Shown here: positions 15,001 to 20,413 of the stretch, piece after piece | Numbering within the stretch: the stretch's first letter is position 1 | Layout: each line of letters begins with the position of its first letter | Program-made: the position numbers and the translations under genes | The notes under the pieces: generated by a model | Told to the model about the DNA's origin: nothing | The model's database searches: none | Seen by the model: the letters and a program-made list of their open reading frames with translations, nothing else | IMG/VR virus record: IMGVR_UViG_3300044712_000123 | Strand: one strand, 5' to 3' | Origin: a virus | Taxonomy: Duplodnaviria > Heunggongvirae > Uroviricota > Caudoviricetes | Length of the DNA stretch: 64,000 bases

Positions 15001-16474
15001 TTGCAATGGTGATATAGTCCGGAGTTACTGGAACATACAAGGTGCTATCATAATTTTCAACGTCATAAGGGGTAGTATCATATGGGATATATGATCCAAA
15101 CGTGAATGGTTCTGGTGCGATCAAATCAGACTCACGAACCAATTGGATAGCTGTACCTACTCCCTCAACATAGAAAGGAACGTTTTTGAAACTATCTGGG
15201 TAAATTGCCCCTGAGAATACAACCTTAAGACCGTTTGTGAAGACCACGCCAGTTGAAGAGGTATATTGTTTTCTACCTAAAATTTCAGTTTCAATATTAA
15301 GTGTGTTAGTAGTGTTACTATCAACAATCTTAATGACACCTACTTTGTTTGCAGTGGTACCGTCTTGGTAATATAGCGTGTCTAAAGCTGCACTCAAGAA
15401 AGGAATGATGCTTACTGTTCCGGTAACGTTTCTATAAAAGTTGCGACTAATCCATTCAGTACCGTAACGAGCAGTAATTTTTTCACTAGTAGGAATTCCT
15501 CCACTAGGAACTAATGTTAGTGTAGGATCGATTGAACTTCCGGTATATGTTATTACATAGAAGTTCGAAGTCTCTAACGGGTCAACTGCACCTGTATTAT
15601 AAAACATGACAGTCAATCCCTCTAAAGAAGTGATACCGTCAATGTTGCCCACCTGACTCAACAGTTGACCGTTAATTTGACTATATGGTGTAGTAGAAAC
15701 TACGTCAACTTCGTTATTGCCGGGAAAATTGTATTCATCTTGTGCGTTCTTATTAGGAACAGTAAATGTAACTACTCCACTTGAAGCACCGTTGTTGATT
15801 ACACCTAATACATCACGTGTTTGTAAGTTAGGTTGTGTTGGGCTATATCCAGTAACACCCGGTGCACCTTGAATCCAAAACTGACTTATTTGATTGACTG
15901 TAAATGTGTAAGTACCACCACGCAATAGAGTCAACGTAGGGTTAGTGCTACCTGCTTGGCCATCCACAGCAATATTGTATCCGTTAACTGCATCAGTTAC
16001 TAGATAGCTCGAACCACTAAAAATAGTTTCAGTAGAAATAGTGACACGCTCTGGTCCCTGTGGCAACCAGTAATACTGATTAAAGTTAATGATTTTATCT
16101 AAGTCAGTGAAGGAATCCCATGAATAGAACTGACTGTTGAACAGACGATTATTATCAGTAGTTAAACCACCTTCTACCTTCAATCCGTCAATAATACCAG
16201 GGTAACTAATGAAGTCGTTTGCGGTTGTTTGATTTGCTTTGGTAAAGACGACGCCAGGATCTAATTGATAATCAGTTCTTGTCTTTGTGGGTTCAGTCAC
16301 ATAGTAGTTCTTAGCGTTGATACCATACCCAAATTTACTTCCAACATATCCCTCAATACGTTTCGTGTTCGGTTGAGCGACCACTTGATCCAACGTAGCC
16401 TGTAAAAACTGACTGTTGGTTACTGTTTTGAAAATTTCAGGAAGAAAGTTTAGCGTTCTAATTCTTGTTGCCAT
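1..16474 (-). CDS. Giant virion structural / baseplate-wedge-associated protein, >=5491 aa, 3' end outside the window
   Basis: ATG at 16474 (MATRIRTLNFLPEIFKTVTNSQFLQATLDQVVAQPNTKRIEGYVG...). The same frame still reads as protein at base 2 (...TISAGTNTITFTSAPALNA). The ORF track reports no stop-terminated ORF in this frame, consistent with one ORF running off the edge. Spot translations show FG-GAP-like repeats, Asp-box-like SxxGxxW repeats and repeated G-x-P-I-x-F...GGL...YYV modules. It lies directly downstream of the gp6-like wedge gene. Confidence 0.88.
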   Translation of the reverse strand, partial: MATRIRTLNFLPEIFKTVTNSQFLQATLDQVVAQPNTKRIEGYVGSKFGYGINAKNYYVTEPTKTRTDYQLDPGVVFTKANQTTANDFISYPGIIDGLKVEGGLTTDNNRLFNSQFYSWDSFTDLDKIINFNQYYWLPQGPERVTISTETIFSGSSYLVTDAVNGYNIAVDGQAGSTNPTLTLLRGGTYTFTVNQISQFWIQGAPGVTGYSPTQPNLQTRDVLGVINNGASSGVVTFTVPNKNAQDEYNFPGNNEVDVVSTTPYSQINGQLLSQVGNIDGITSLEGLTVMFYNTGAVDPLETSNFYVITYTGSSIDPTLTLVPSGGIPTSEKITARYGTEWISRNFYRNVTGTVSIIPFLSAALDTLYYQDGTTANKVGVIKIVDSNTTNTLNIETEILGRKQYTSSTGVVFTNGLKVVFSGAIYPDSFKNVPFYVEGVGTAIQLVRESDLIAPEPFTFGSYIPYDTTPYDVENYDSTLYVPVTPDYITIARNSMDMNAWSRSNRWFHIDVINATAQYNGNPSIVTKYATAENKAKRPIIEFYPNLRLFDSGVIGKAPVDFVDFRTTDAFTQVAGQENYYPDVTSYTGYNSIIAAVTGATSTTITVNASDVIGPIAVGQYVADSTNVLPTNTTITSITGTDVLTITVSWSGTKNVSGTTTSSIITTDTTTDNYALFNGARIIFAADQDANVRNKIYVSGFSSIDGGTPIITLTEAADGFILNDDQTVAFRGYNNQGKDFRFNDTNWQLTQQKTTVNQPPLFDIFDSNGISLGDKAYYVGTSFVGSTLFGYGIGTGIDDPILGFPIRYSSVDNVGDISFDVTLNSDLFNYVSGTTPITENVNIGYVYNYTARDSFVRQLGWQTAVSPSVQYQIFEFNYNVGTTDATFTCDIPLVSAEYTKWPRIQVFVNNDYQTSSEFTYVAESTSTTVTLNTAPAVDTVIQILLLSDQTSSNAYYQIPINLNNNPLNQEVTTVNVGDIRGQYQSMFFNNPDTVGTVFGSNNFRDLGNLVPYGNRIIQNSASLVAPGAFLRKQDHNLFNSLMYNSKQYINFKTLLVDTVNSTDYSVYMSPAEMLDDAMDQITAAHSDDQPFFWSDMLPSKSAYISNSYSFANSLDVSIYPLSRIYDYTTANYYGVLVYLTRNNKVTQLIRNTDYVVSTDSPSLTVSTDLLPGDLITIKEYNQTYGSYVPNTPTKLGLYPASIPQVIQDINYQQPTYFIVGHDGSYNKLFGQYNTTTNSLVDFRDQVLLEYETRVYNNLKLSNVIPVQEYEVLPGFFRDTDYTYNEILEIYSSSFLNWVGQNRVDYKTQYYQRTNEYTFNYRNSGNKIDKAPIDQGYWRGMYLYFYDTSTPNTSPWEMLGFKNQPSWWTARYGAAPYTSDNLVLWEDLAQGINWNNGDPIVIEQAIRPQLLDILPVDTEGNLVPPLSSIVGNYNDYLFQSDWKVGDVGPTEFSYRRSSSYPFDLMRILALTKPAEFFNLAIDVDNYKYNTEFNQYLVNNRSHLVLSDVQIYGSGTAKTSYINWIVDYEKQVGVDATTNIADLLTNIDVRLVYRVAGFSDKNLLKFYVEKSSANSNNSSLLIPDESYGVLLYDNQPFDRIIYSGVIIQVTKNGYAVYGNSQTEAYFKTLIPKVNGNTDVITIDKETVSIPKDYTDKIALVPYGTEFFSITDVSQFLDGYGKYLEQQGCVFAQVENGIPVTWSQMIAEFLYWVQIGWEVGSIANINPAATELSINKDSYIVQPLTMRQQNFVLNQNLYPIPSENLSVVREGTAFTVVPLSEGDTVAYGQFNVSNFEHGIVFDNVTLFNDTIYNLVTGLRQIRITVRGAKSAEWNGTVDAQGFILNQDNIVEWSTETKYTQGAIVKYKNKYWTATTIIQAKQLFDEREWKETNYNEIQKGLLPNSSTRSYESTIYYDVNKANLENDADQLSFSLIGYRPRDYMALADLTDITQVNVYKNMIREKGTLTAAKAFKGANLVQGGIDYDIYENWAILSGEFGGILNNNFVDIKLNETQLTGNPSTVGLTNGNYDIPGVQQEVPLYSVYNYGRQIKNPEVLATLPPATPNVLFPDAGYVNLNDVKMSAYYYANLPTAKDNSNNVVPLSELYVRDYVWLADYLGTWQTFTPTSLGQVVYAKNNLNGTVTVTFASAHNLSQYQAFAIVNFDARVDNYYIVSSVVDPYKVIITLNLNPQVSTITGYGVGFKFQSQRVNTPSDISTLPLLDSEFIKNKVWVDTNNDGSWAVYRKSLNYGFDYNTTKDGSVSFGSSVAYTNKVGGLIGDAGAGAVYRYSYNPLMKEYELYQTLTKGASFGTTIAYSDNSFIISEPTSGTPKVYVYELEQTTLVDRLNLIQEIPAEDSSTKWGTALSISGDKNWLYISAADLNKVYVYRKSSITGLYELSTSLTVSGLTSGDNFGASITTDYFGDTVVVGAPQQDYSTISNWGYAYMFERTVQNFEAQYTSQIYTPQSFGLSWTPSNTASKTASSITSNAITLNNVTNLVGGANGTAITFTGTVFGGVSLNRVYYVKTVVGSTITLSLTRNGSTLNLTNSSGTMTVNAQTSPLYVSVNGTLLDDSAYAAIGSTLTVYSGLNAGDIINVSGNNFVKSQVLTSPSAPRIGVQFGTSMDSTTYTSEVIIGAPFELSSSNHEGAVYRFTNGGNKYGVIIGTSDCNVTTTRTILLNGYAVSIPTGNASVAAAAINSARITNVQAAAIAGKLIIQLIDINLATPNDKLSITVLDSATPAELGINILTLTQTVECPHADGATQFGYNVRFNESESFVASAPSGTRYSGTTFDFSDDESDNDTVFDNNATQWVDTIANVGAVYMFDYLANYNESLLNPGKFVYAQSTNANTDVNGAQPMYGHAIDFNNSFVMIGTPNFVSGTTKGQVIFYSNPSGVQDWSVYRSSSAVVDTSKIQNVQLYSASTNSTLVNLDYMDPLQGKLLGVVRENIDVVSNIDPASYNTTGTLPSDSIWGAEKVGEIWFDTSRSRFINYHQNDVVYNSKYWGTLFPGSDVAVYSWISSNVVPSAYQGPGTPYDITSYTTEYITNSTGGLSPVYFFWVRNTNIIFTKTGKTLADSIIEQYISNPISSGISYFAPLLPNVFGLYNSGEYVNYTDTVLHIGYGNGSSQDVPHSLYSLIRANYADDFLPGLPASNSANTEPESLYAKLLDSLSGTNIAGSVIPDPYLPKPVQYGVLTRPRQSFFVNRLTALKNYLQYANEVILQYPFIESYNSTFVYKVGEINPSTVNNPNWLGSPLPFFDVNAYWDVVNWWAPGYNDNTKSAVQVSIYADLAALNVPTGTIATVLANGDGFAETYILLSTGEWNRIGLTNGTIQFKSSLWDYQTARFGFGDNFFDTTPYDTYPSEETRYIVRAINEELPNNLDLFRNKALILLFEYIQSETIESQNYLPWLNKTSFVDVAHTIRELKPIEVFQSDNQDFLSGYLNEVKPYHVVIKEFLYKYTGTDVYEGDITDFDLPAKYNSTYEKFITPELVYTNPSADNQYLPSDPIWQTSEYNQWYQNYGVSITGVDNYSITTLASYVALNSTAMAVDNAYGFPINGIITIGEEQIGYANVDRSLNVLSGLTRGLNGTAIVQHLPGEEITINLPAVLLLNGGRAYTEPPKVTAYIDTSIYPEPTRPAVLKAVMNLDSVLSVTVEDPGQGYAVLPKIIIDPATTVTFDSSKVSTTSNTIELFAPTLQTGDLVTYAVGADTTAVGGLENGQRYYINVLETNPAVIIALYSNYANALLDRQRITLFTTGTGANQTLNLGAFASCISSAAPIRENQIKMKFDRTSYQSQVSDWLSGEYYSSFYAGNYDNSSRISSSSISLESSAPPVDNILASAMGAVFEIQNISNSETLSWSSQERSVINTNVTGTNEIKVYPTNWQSLSVADINLLDTTLGFYVGMPVKFIGAVSGGLVGGQTYYVKTVNSKTSFTVSATISNGVPGAVQTLTTSTIGAAGLICYTGELNNVAVVTIDYPGITTATATTQGNNAVTIPLNTSGTGGTRGFYTGLSVYFTGNVFGGIVENEHYYVTSVIDLQNFTISKIEQPTKFTVSETDSSGIVTCNTTVSLAVNDPVIFSNINPATGSTNIVAGTRYYVQSILSGNTIKISAYLNGGVFNPGTCTFASSNEMLATSQRDTVNLTTATGEMTLNVSLPVSPGQVNGQQMTFYGTSGEYVGVTGTSGNYLTRTIDATTNVIAIDSESGGTSGFYLNMPVVFDTAIGGLSAATTYYVTEYTGRVISSTESVPGIQLEITGTTSVGNYLVCADTSGIYVGMPIVFSGISLGTLELDNEYYVHSINSSTQFTVAYTPSSLTPVTVTTTSGSMIAEGSPYITVSATPSGADVSVSYELGPVTMTQTPTDTTTVFDVSYMIGGYSVIIVDGGSGYAVDNTIVILGEYLGGVTGVNDLTMTVNSIDSNGVITNVIRAGTPAGPVNQYYLKVISNNQVEVYENNLLTIPVSGITLAQTYTGVTSTLVTDSNLTTDTLTIADSTGFALYDPIVFTGTVAGGLTLGQTYYIVGITTTVSPEATIQVATSPTGSAINITANDVTCTVAKQGDYAFLPEPFYFNRSVVKYNNRVYQCLISNNDTDFIFGKWELLDSGSSKLNALDRIVGYYQPTINMPGLDLTQLVEGITYPNSTYLGNAFAPDAQFPIDTILQDQPFYPAEVDIKSVIWDGTTYVAAANAPTYSAVLLSASATLWNIDRIANQPINPTDIITVGIGDDTKYIMTTTNASTPLLLSEDGASWVWISSGAEYTPYDAIPFDDIGFDLSALKTDAVSLNSVAYYNGVAVAVGQNIVASTDFFFWPEVYDLSIAYGNLPQVLNGVTSVSIPNYNGFVAVGAGQRVVGSNTIDTNLIVTSTDGLNWVPQFDVLTSYALNAVTSNTDKIIIVGDNSVRFVSVNGSNWNNISAAGTGNPNLNDVIYAQGKFVVVGDNGTIQSSVNGDVWTTYTSGTTENLNSITYNADLGEFVVVGENNITLSSPDLSTWTISTLFVTEPTVYNVQGDAFTAGYGPEEMVPGVVSDTLTMTVATRPGTDWAATKYAHVGYNVVSTELVVENTVQKIFSWANTVETPSQLAVFGISATTGLSVSLYKNTDYTIDWIAQTITMNSTPYSLGYNKIRVDVYETGNGDQLVKANTSTDPIRDNSSTGFSEIYVNCDYSAPIFSGSGVVRPGSEPIEVIATRTEAGPDSITVTNIGKFILNSPIKFYGGVFGGVQEDVTYYVKTISLVTGKITISDTFNVGTGTAGPTFQLSDATGIMTVIIQVGIGQPWSTPITFYNGNQLTFGSALNITRTNSVRDTVTCNSTNGLVVGSQLVFSNTMFGNIIEPMKKYYLKSIYDGNEFTISETLGGATVQLDDATGGAMVVVNDYAFGVVEDSITAKIIFAGVNDPNNPGYVMPYNQSTDYLTYTLFGETVPEQYGYTLPEVNLFTGTGSQTVFAFTNYVGLTNRTSSIVEINGIRQTSSTYTISAGTNTITFTSAPALNA

Positions 16475-16497
16475 TATTACATCTCTAGGTTATATAG

Positions 16498-16505
16498 TAC
16501 TTATC
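16498..16505 (-). promoter_or_regulatory. T4-late-like promoter (GATAAGTA) for the giant ORF
   Basis: Matches the TAA[A/G]TA motif recurring upstream of structural genes in this window. Confidence 0.55.
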
Positions 16506-16506
16506 A

Positions 16507-19500
16507 TTACGCAATTTGTAGTTCTGCAGGAGTCAACGCAGAGATGACTACTACGTCATTTGCAGTTGCCGCATTTACAAAAATTTCATACGGTGTAGAT
16601 TTGATTTCATAAAGATCACCAAACTTCATCGTTGGATCGTTAGGAACTAATACGGCTGAGCTAATCAACTCACCTACTTCTGAGTGTAGGAATGCAGATA
16701 ACTCAGAGAAATAGAAAGTGTCGCCAAAGTTCCAGTTGTTAATAGCGAAATAATTATTCATAGACGTTAGAACGGCGCTACGTATTTCACTATCGCTTGC
16801 GTTAGTATTTTGATTCTTGATTACTTTGATAGTACCACGCAATTGAGGTGCTGCTTTAGCACCAAACAATGGCTTGAATACCACGCTATTCAATACGGTG
16901 CTATCACTAATCATTTTGTAATCATTAATCTTACTGTATTCTTGATTCAATTCATTGATCGTAGGACGATTTGGTTCAGGAATAGTATTAGTAGTGTCTT
17001 GAATCCAATTCTGATATTGAGTATAATATGATTGCGTCACAACATACAAGTCAATGATGTTTGTCGTAGCGGGATCGATACGGGTTGTGTTGTTACTATT
17101 GTGACGATATTGAAATTGCAATCCTTGACGACCGGTCATCATCATATATTGTGTCTGTACAATCAAATTGAAATACGGAGTATTGATAGTATCATCCTGT
17201 ACGCTAATATAGAACTTGTTCTCGCTGTATGCATAGAATAATTGTCCCTCAGGGTACTCATACTTAGCAATCTCAATTTGAGCTTGAGTTGGGTACTGAT
17301 ATATTACATCAGTTGACGGGATAATTTGGTAGCGTGACAAGTTGACCGCATCTTGGATCAACTGGAAGAATACGTATATACCAATGTTTGATGATGAGGC
17401 ATTGAACCCAGTAACTTGCTGGAAGAAATCTGGGTTAGTTATCAATGTTCTGTCATTAATATCGATACTAGAAACTTCAACAGTATAATCATCGATGTAT
17501 CCATCGCTCTGTACTGTTTGACCAATAACGTTTGATTTTATTCCAATTCCAAACGGGTATGTACTGTTAGGCTGTGTATTAGTTGGCAATACATCAATGT
17601 AATCTTGAAGAACTTTTCCGGTAAAAGGATCATAAACTAGCTTACCAGTTTCATAGGTAAAGCGGGTGTCTGATACACTTCCAAAGAAGTAAGCAAGCGA
17701 ACGATATGTTATGACATAACGATTATACCCGGTACTTTGGAAGTTAACAAAATAGTTAGGATCGTTGTAAGTGCTAACACTCCATCGATCTTGTGCAATT
17801 GTCAATGAGTTATCAAAAATCAAACTAAAACTTTGATTTAGTTCCATGCGAATCAAACATTCGTTCAATACTGTTTGTGGTAATGAGTTACTAAACGCCG
17901 GTAATACGCTTGGATTGAGTGTATCTATCAATGCACCTGCAGGGACATATCCGTTGATAGTCACTGGACCCGTTCCGTTACTGAACTGACCGTCTCCGTT
18001 GTTGTATCCGTCACCTATGACATTTAGTATTGATGTCCAAATAAAAGTTTTATCTGAAGGGGATGCAATACCAGCAACTAATCTGTTATTGTTGTCAAAG
18101 TAATAGCCAGCAGGAGCAATGAATTTAACCATAGCACCTTTTGTGATATATTTCACGTTATGAGTAGAGTACGTCCCTAATGCTACCGCAGTTTTAACAC
18201 TACCGTTCAATGTATAGAAATATCCAGTTTGACTATTATTGTCAACTGTAGAACTTTGCCAGTAGACAGTACCGTCTCCTGATGCAGTATTGATTTCGTA
18301 ACGAGGATAATATTGCGTATAGTATTGTGTTGCTCTAGGTTTTATATTACTAGACAATGCACTGGCTAAAGTACCTGTCAAAAAGGTAATGATATCAGAT
18401 TGATTGTTAATAGTTAAGAGTATACTACCATCAGATGAATCTTGATACAACGCACCATCAGTACCAATGCAGTTAGTACTTGAATATTTTCCTGTAGGAT
18501 CAAGTAAATCTAAGTTCTTAGAGACACCAACGCTTGAACGGTTGATAGCTTTTGACTTGATGATAGAACTATACAGGGTGTACGGGAAGTTATTATAATC
18601 TTCTCCGTTGACCATACGATTCTGTGTATAGTAACGTGATGGGGCACGTTGTTTGATGTTTGCCAAAGTCTCACGTGCTTGTGCATTTGACACAGGCGTT
18701 TGTAATGACAAACCAATTGTCAATGTTTCTTGACGACCTAAACGGCTGATATAGCTGAAAGATATATTCAATCCCTGCATTTCTGTAGGATCAATAGTAT
18801 ATGTTAGTGCGTTACCAGAACGAACATATGCTCTATAAGAACCAACAGGGATCTCACTGAAAACACCATCTCCAAACACATAACTGACTTGGTCATTGAA
18901 ACGAGAACTTACTGAGAAGATACGCTTTGCACTTGTTTCAGTTTGCAGATATGCGTCAGCATACACGTTTTCAACTTGTTTCCATAACAATGGGCTACCA
19001 TTGTTGGTATTAGTTTGATACAACCAAGTGTCAGTGTTGTTAACACCTTGGATATCAATATCAACTACTTGGTTAGCAATTTGCTGTTGCAAGGTAAAAT
19101 CGAATGTCTGAGTTTGGCCTTGCTTGAAGTAGAAGAAGAAACCAGTATTAGGGCTACCGTAACCTAGCTTGTCATTACGATACAACATATTAAATTTGTT
19201 GCTAGGTGCGGGAGGAATCTCATAGATATAATCAGTACCAACACTAGTTACGCTGCACAATTCAAAGTTCATATTAGTTCCGTTGACGCTTGAACTAAAA
19301 GGAACGATGGGTAAAGTGTTAGGTGGAATTGACATTGTGTATTCGTCAGTTGCGATTCCTAACAACTGAGCAGAGTTACCCGGACGACCCACTTTCTGAG
19401 TGTTGATTAATGTTGCGTTTATAATTGTGTTAAACTGCTCTTTCCAATTTGGGTTAGCAGGATCGTTCCACAAAATAGGAACATTGCCTAAATTAAAGCC

Positions 19501-19899
19501 ATTAAGGTCAGTTAAGTTTTGAGTCGTTTGAATACTAGTAACTTTAAGGTACCCTTGTCCTGCTAAGTTACGCTTAGGTGTATAGCTTACTAAGTTTGCT
19601 AACTTGACAACTGAATCTCTACGCTCTGCGGTGTCGATGAAGTTTTCTCGTGCGTTTAAGTCATTACGGAACGCAAGACCTTGCCCCATGAACGCAATAA
19701 CGTCAAGTAAGGCAATAAATTCAGACGACTCAATATAGTCATTATACGTTTCCGGATAGTAGATACGCAGATAATCGATGAAACTCTTACGCAGAGTTTC
19801 ATAGTCGTAACTTTTAAAGTCGGCTTGGCTGAAGGTTTGATATATTGCCTTCCAGTCGTTTACCCCGAATAATGATGATTGTCTTGAACTTGTAGCCAT
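16507..19899 (-). CDS. gp6: Baseplate wedge subunit (T4 gp6-like)
   Basis: N-terminal DFKSYDYETLRKSFIDYLR...SSEFIALLDVIAF...ENFIDTAERRDSVVKLANLVSY, plus FGDGVF and QNRMVNGEDY motifs typical of gp6/baseplate-J-like wedge proteins; 1130 aa. Confidence 0.85.
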   Translation of the reverse strand: MATSSRQSSLFGVNDWKAIYQTFSQADFKSYDYETLRKSFIDYLRIYYPETYNDYIESSEFIALLDVIAFMGQGLAFRNDLNARENFIDTAERRDSVVKLANLVSYTPKRNLAGQGYLKVTSIQTTQNLTDLNGFNLGNVPILWNDPANPNWKEQFNTIINATLINTQKVGRPGNSAQLLGIATDEYTMSIPPNTLPIVPFSSSVNGTNMNFELCSVTSVGTDYIYEIPPAPSNKFNMLYRNDKLGYGSPNTGFFFYFKQGQTQTFDFTLQQQIANQVVDIDIQGVNNTDTWLYQTNTNNGSPLLWKQVENVYADAYLQTETSAKRIFSVSSRFNDQVSYVFGDGVFSEIPVGSYRAYVRSGNALTYTIDPTEMQGLNISFSYISRLGRQETLTIGLSLQTPVSNAQARETLANIKQRAPSRYYTQNRMVNGEDYNNFPYTLYSSIIKSKAINRSSVGVSKNLDLLDPTGKYSSTNCIGTDGALYQDSSDGSILLTINNQSDIITFLTGTLASALSSNIKPRATQYYTQYYPRYEINTASGDGTVYWQSSTVDNNSQTGYFYTLNGSVKTAVALGTYSTHNVKYITKGAMVKFIAPAGYYFDNNNRLVAGIASPSDKTFIWTSILNVIGDGYNNGDGQFSNGTGPVTINGYVPAGALIDTLNPSVLPAFSNSLPQTVLNECLIRMELNQSFSLIFDNSLTIAQDRWSVSTYNDPNYFVNFQSTGYNRYVITYRSLAYFFGSVSDTRFTYETGKLVYDPFTGKVLQDYIDVLPTNTQPNSTYPFGIGIKSNVIGQTVQSDGYIDDYTVEVSSIDINDRTLITNPDFFQQVTGFNASSSNIGIYVFFQLIQDAVNLSRYQIIPSTDVIYQYPTQAQIEIAKYEYPEGQLFYAYSENKFYISVQDDTINTPYFNLIVQTQYMMMTGRQGLQFQYRHNSNNTTRIDPATTNIIDLYVVTQSYYTQYQNWIQDTTNTIPEPNRPTINELNQEYSKINDYKMISDSTVLNSVVFKPLFGAKAAPQLRGTIKVIKNQNTNASDSEIRSAVLTSMNNYFAINNWNFGDTFYFSELSAFLHSEVGELISSAVLVPNDPTMKFGDLYEIKSTPYEIFVNAATANDVVVISALTPAELQIA

Positions 19900-19916
19900 A
19901 AGTGTTCTCTTTTAAG

Positions 19917-19924
19917 TATTTATC
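19917..19924 (-). promoter_or_regulatory. T4-late-like promoter (GATAAATA)
   Basis: Motif in the intergenic gap upstream of the gp6-like gene. Confidence 0.6.
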
Positions 19925-19945
19925 ATACTTGGAAAACACGGTTTT

Positions 19946-20395
19946 TTACTGGGCTATTGCTCGATTCGTTGCGTTATCAAAGAAAACATTCAATGTAGTT
20001 GCGTCATTGAAGGGCGTGACTGCTATCTCTACTTCAAGCAAAATTCCGTTATCCTGAGGATACGCCTTCACTGTGTTTAATATCATTCTAGGGTCTAAAC
20101 TAGCGATCCTGCGTATCTCGTTTTCTAACTGAAACTGAACATCCAATGTGTTGGGTTCGAACACAAAAGACCACAGTGATGTGCCATACCCAGGTTGTCC
20201 AACTTTTTGCCCTTGCTGAATGTTTAACGCATTGATAAAGTCTTGAATAACCAATTGTTCGTCAACTGTTTGAAACTTTTTACCATAGACTATTGGTTTT
20301 AAAATGCCACCAGTACCGCCGTCAGCTCCGGCAGATAAGTTAGTTGATCTAGGTTTATTAGCGTTGATAGTACTGAATCCGATATATGTTGGCAT
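19946..20395 (-). CDS. gp25: Baseplate wedge subunit (gp25-like sheath initiator)
   Basis: LVIQDFINALNIQQGQKVGQPGYGTSLWSFVFEP...IASLDPR matches the gp25 family pattern; 149 aa; between the gp5- and gp6-like genes. Confidence 0.85.
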   Translation of the reverse strand: MPTYIGFSTINANKPRSTNLSAGADGGTGGILKPIVYGKKFQTVDEQLVIQDFINALNIQQGQKVGQPGYGTSLWSFVFEPNTLDVQFQLENEIRRIASLDPRMILNTVKAYPQDNGILLEVEIAVTPFNDATTLNVFFDNATNRAIAQ

Positions 20396-20413
20396 TTTTA
20401 ATCCTCTGAATAT

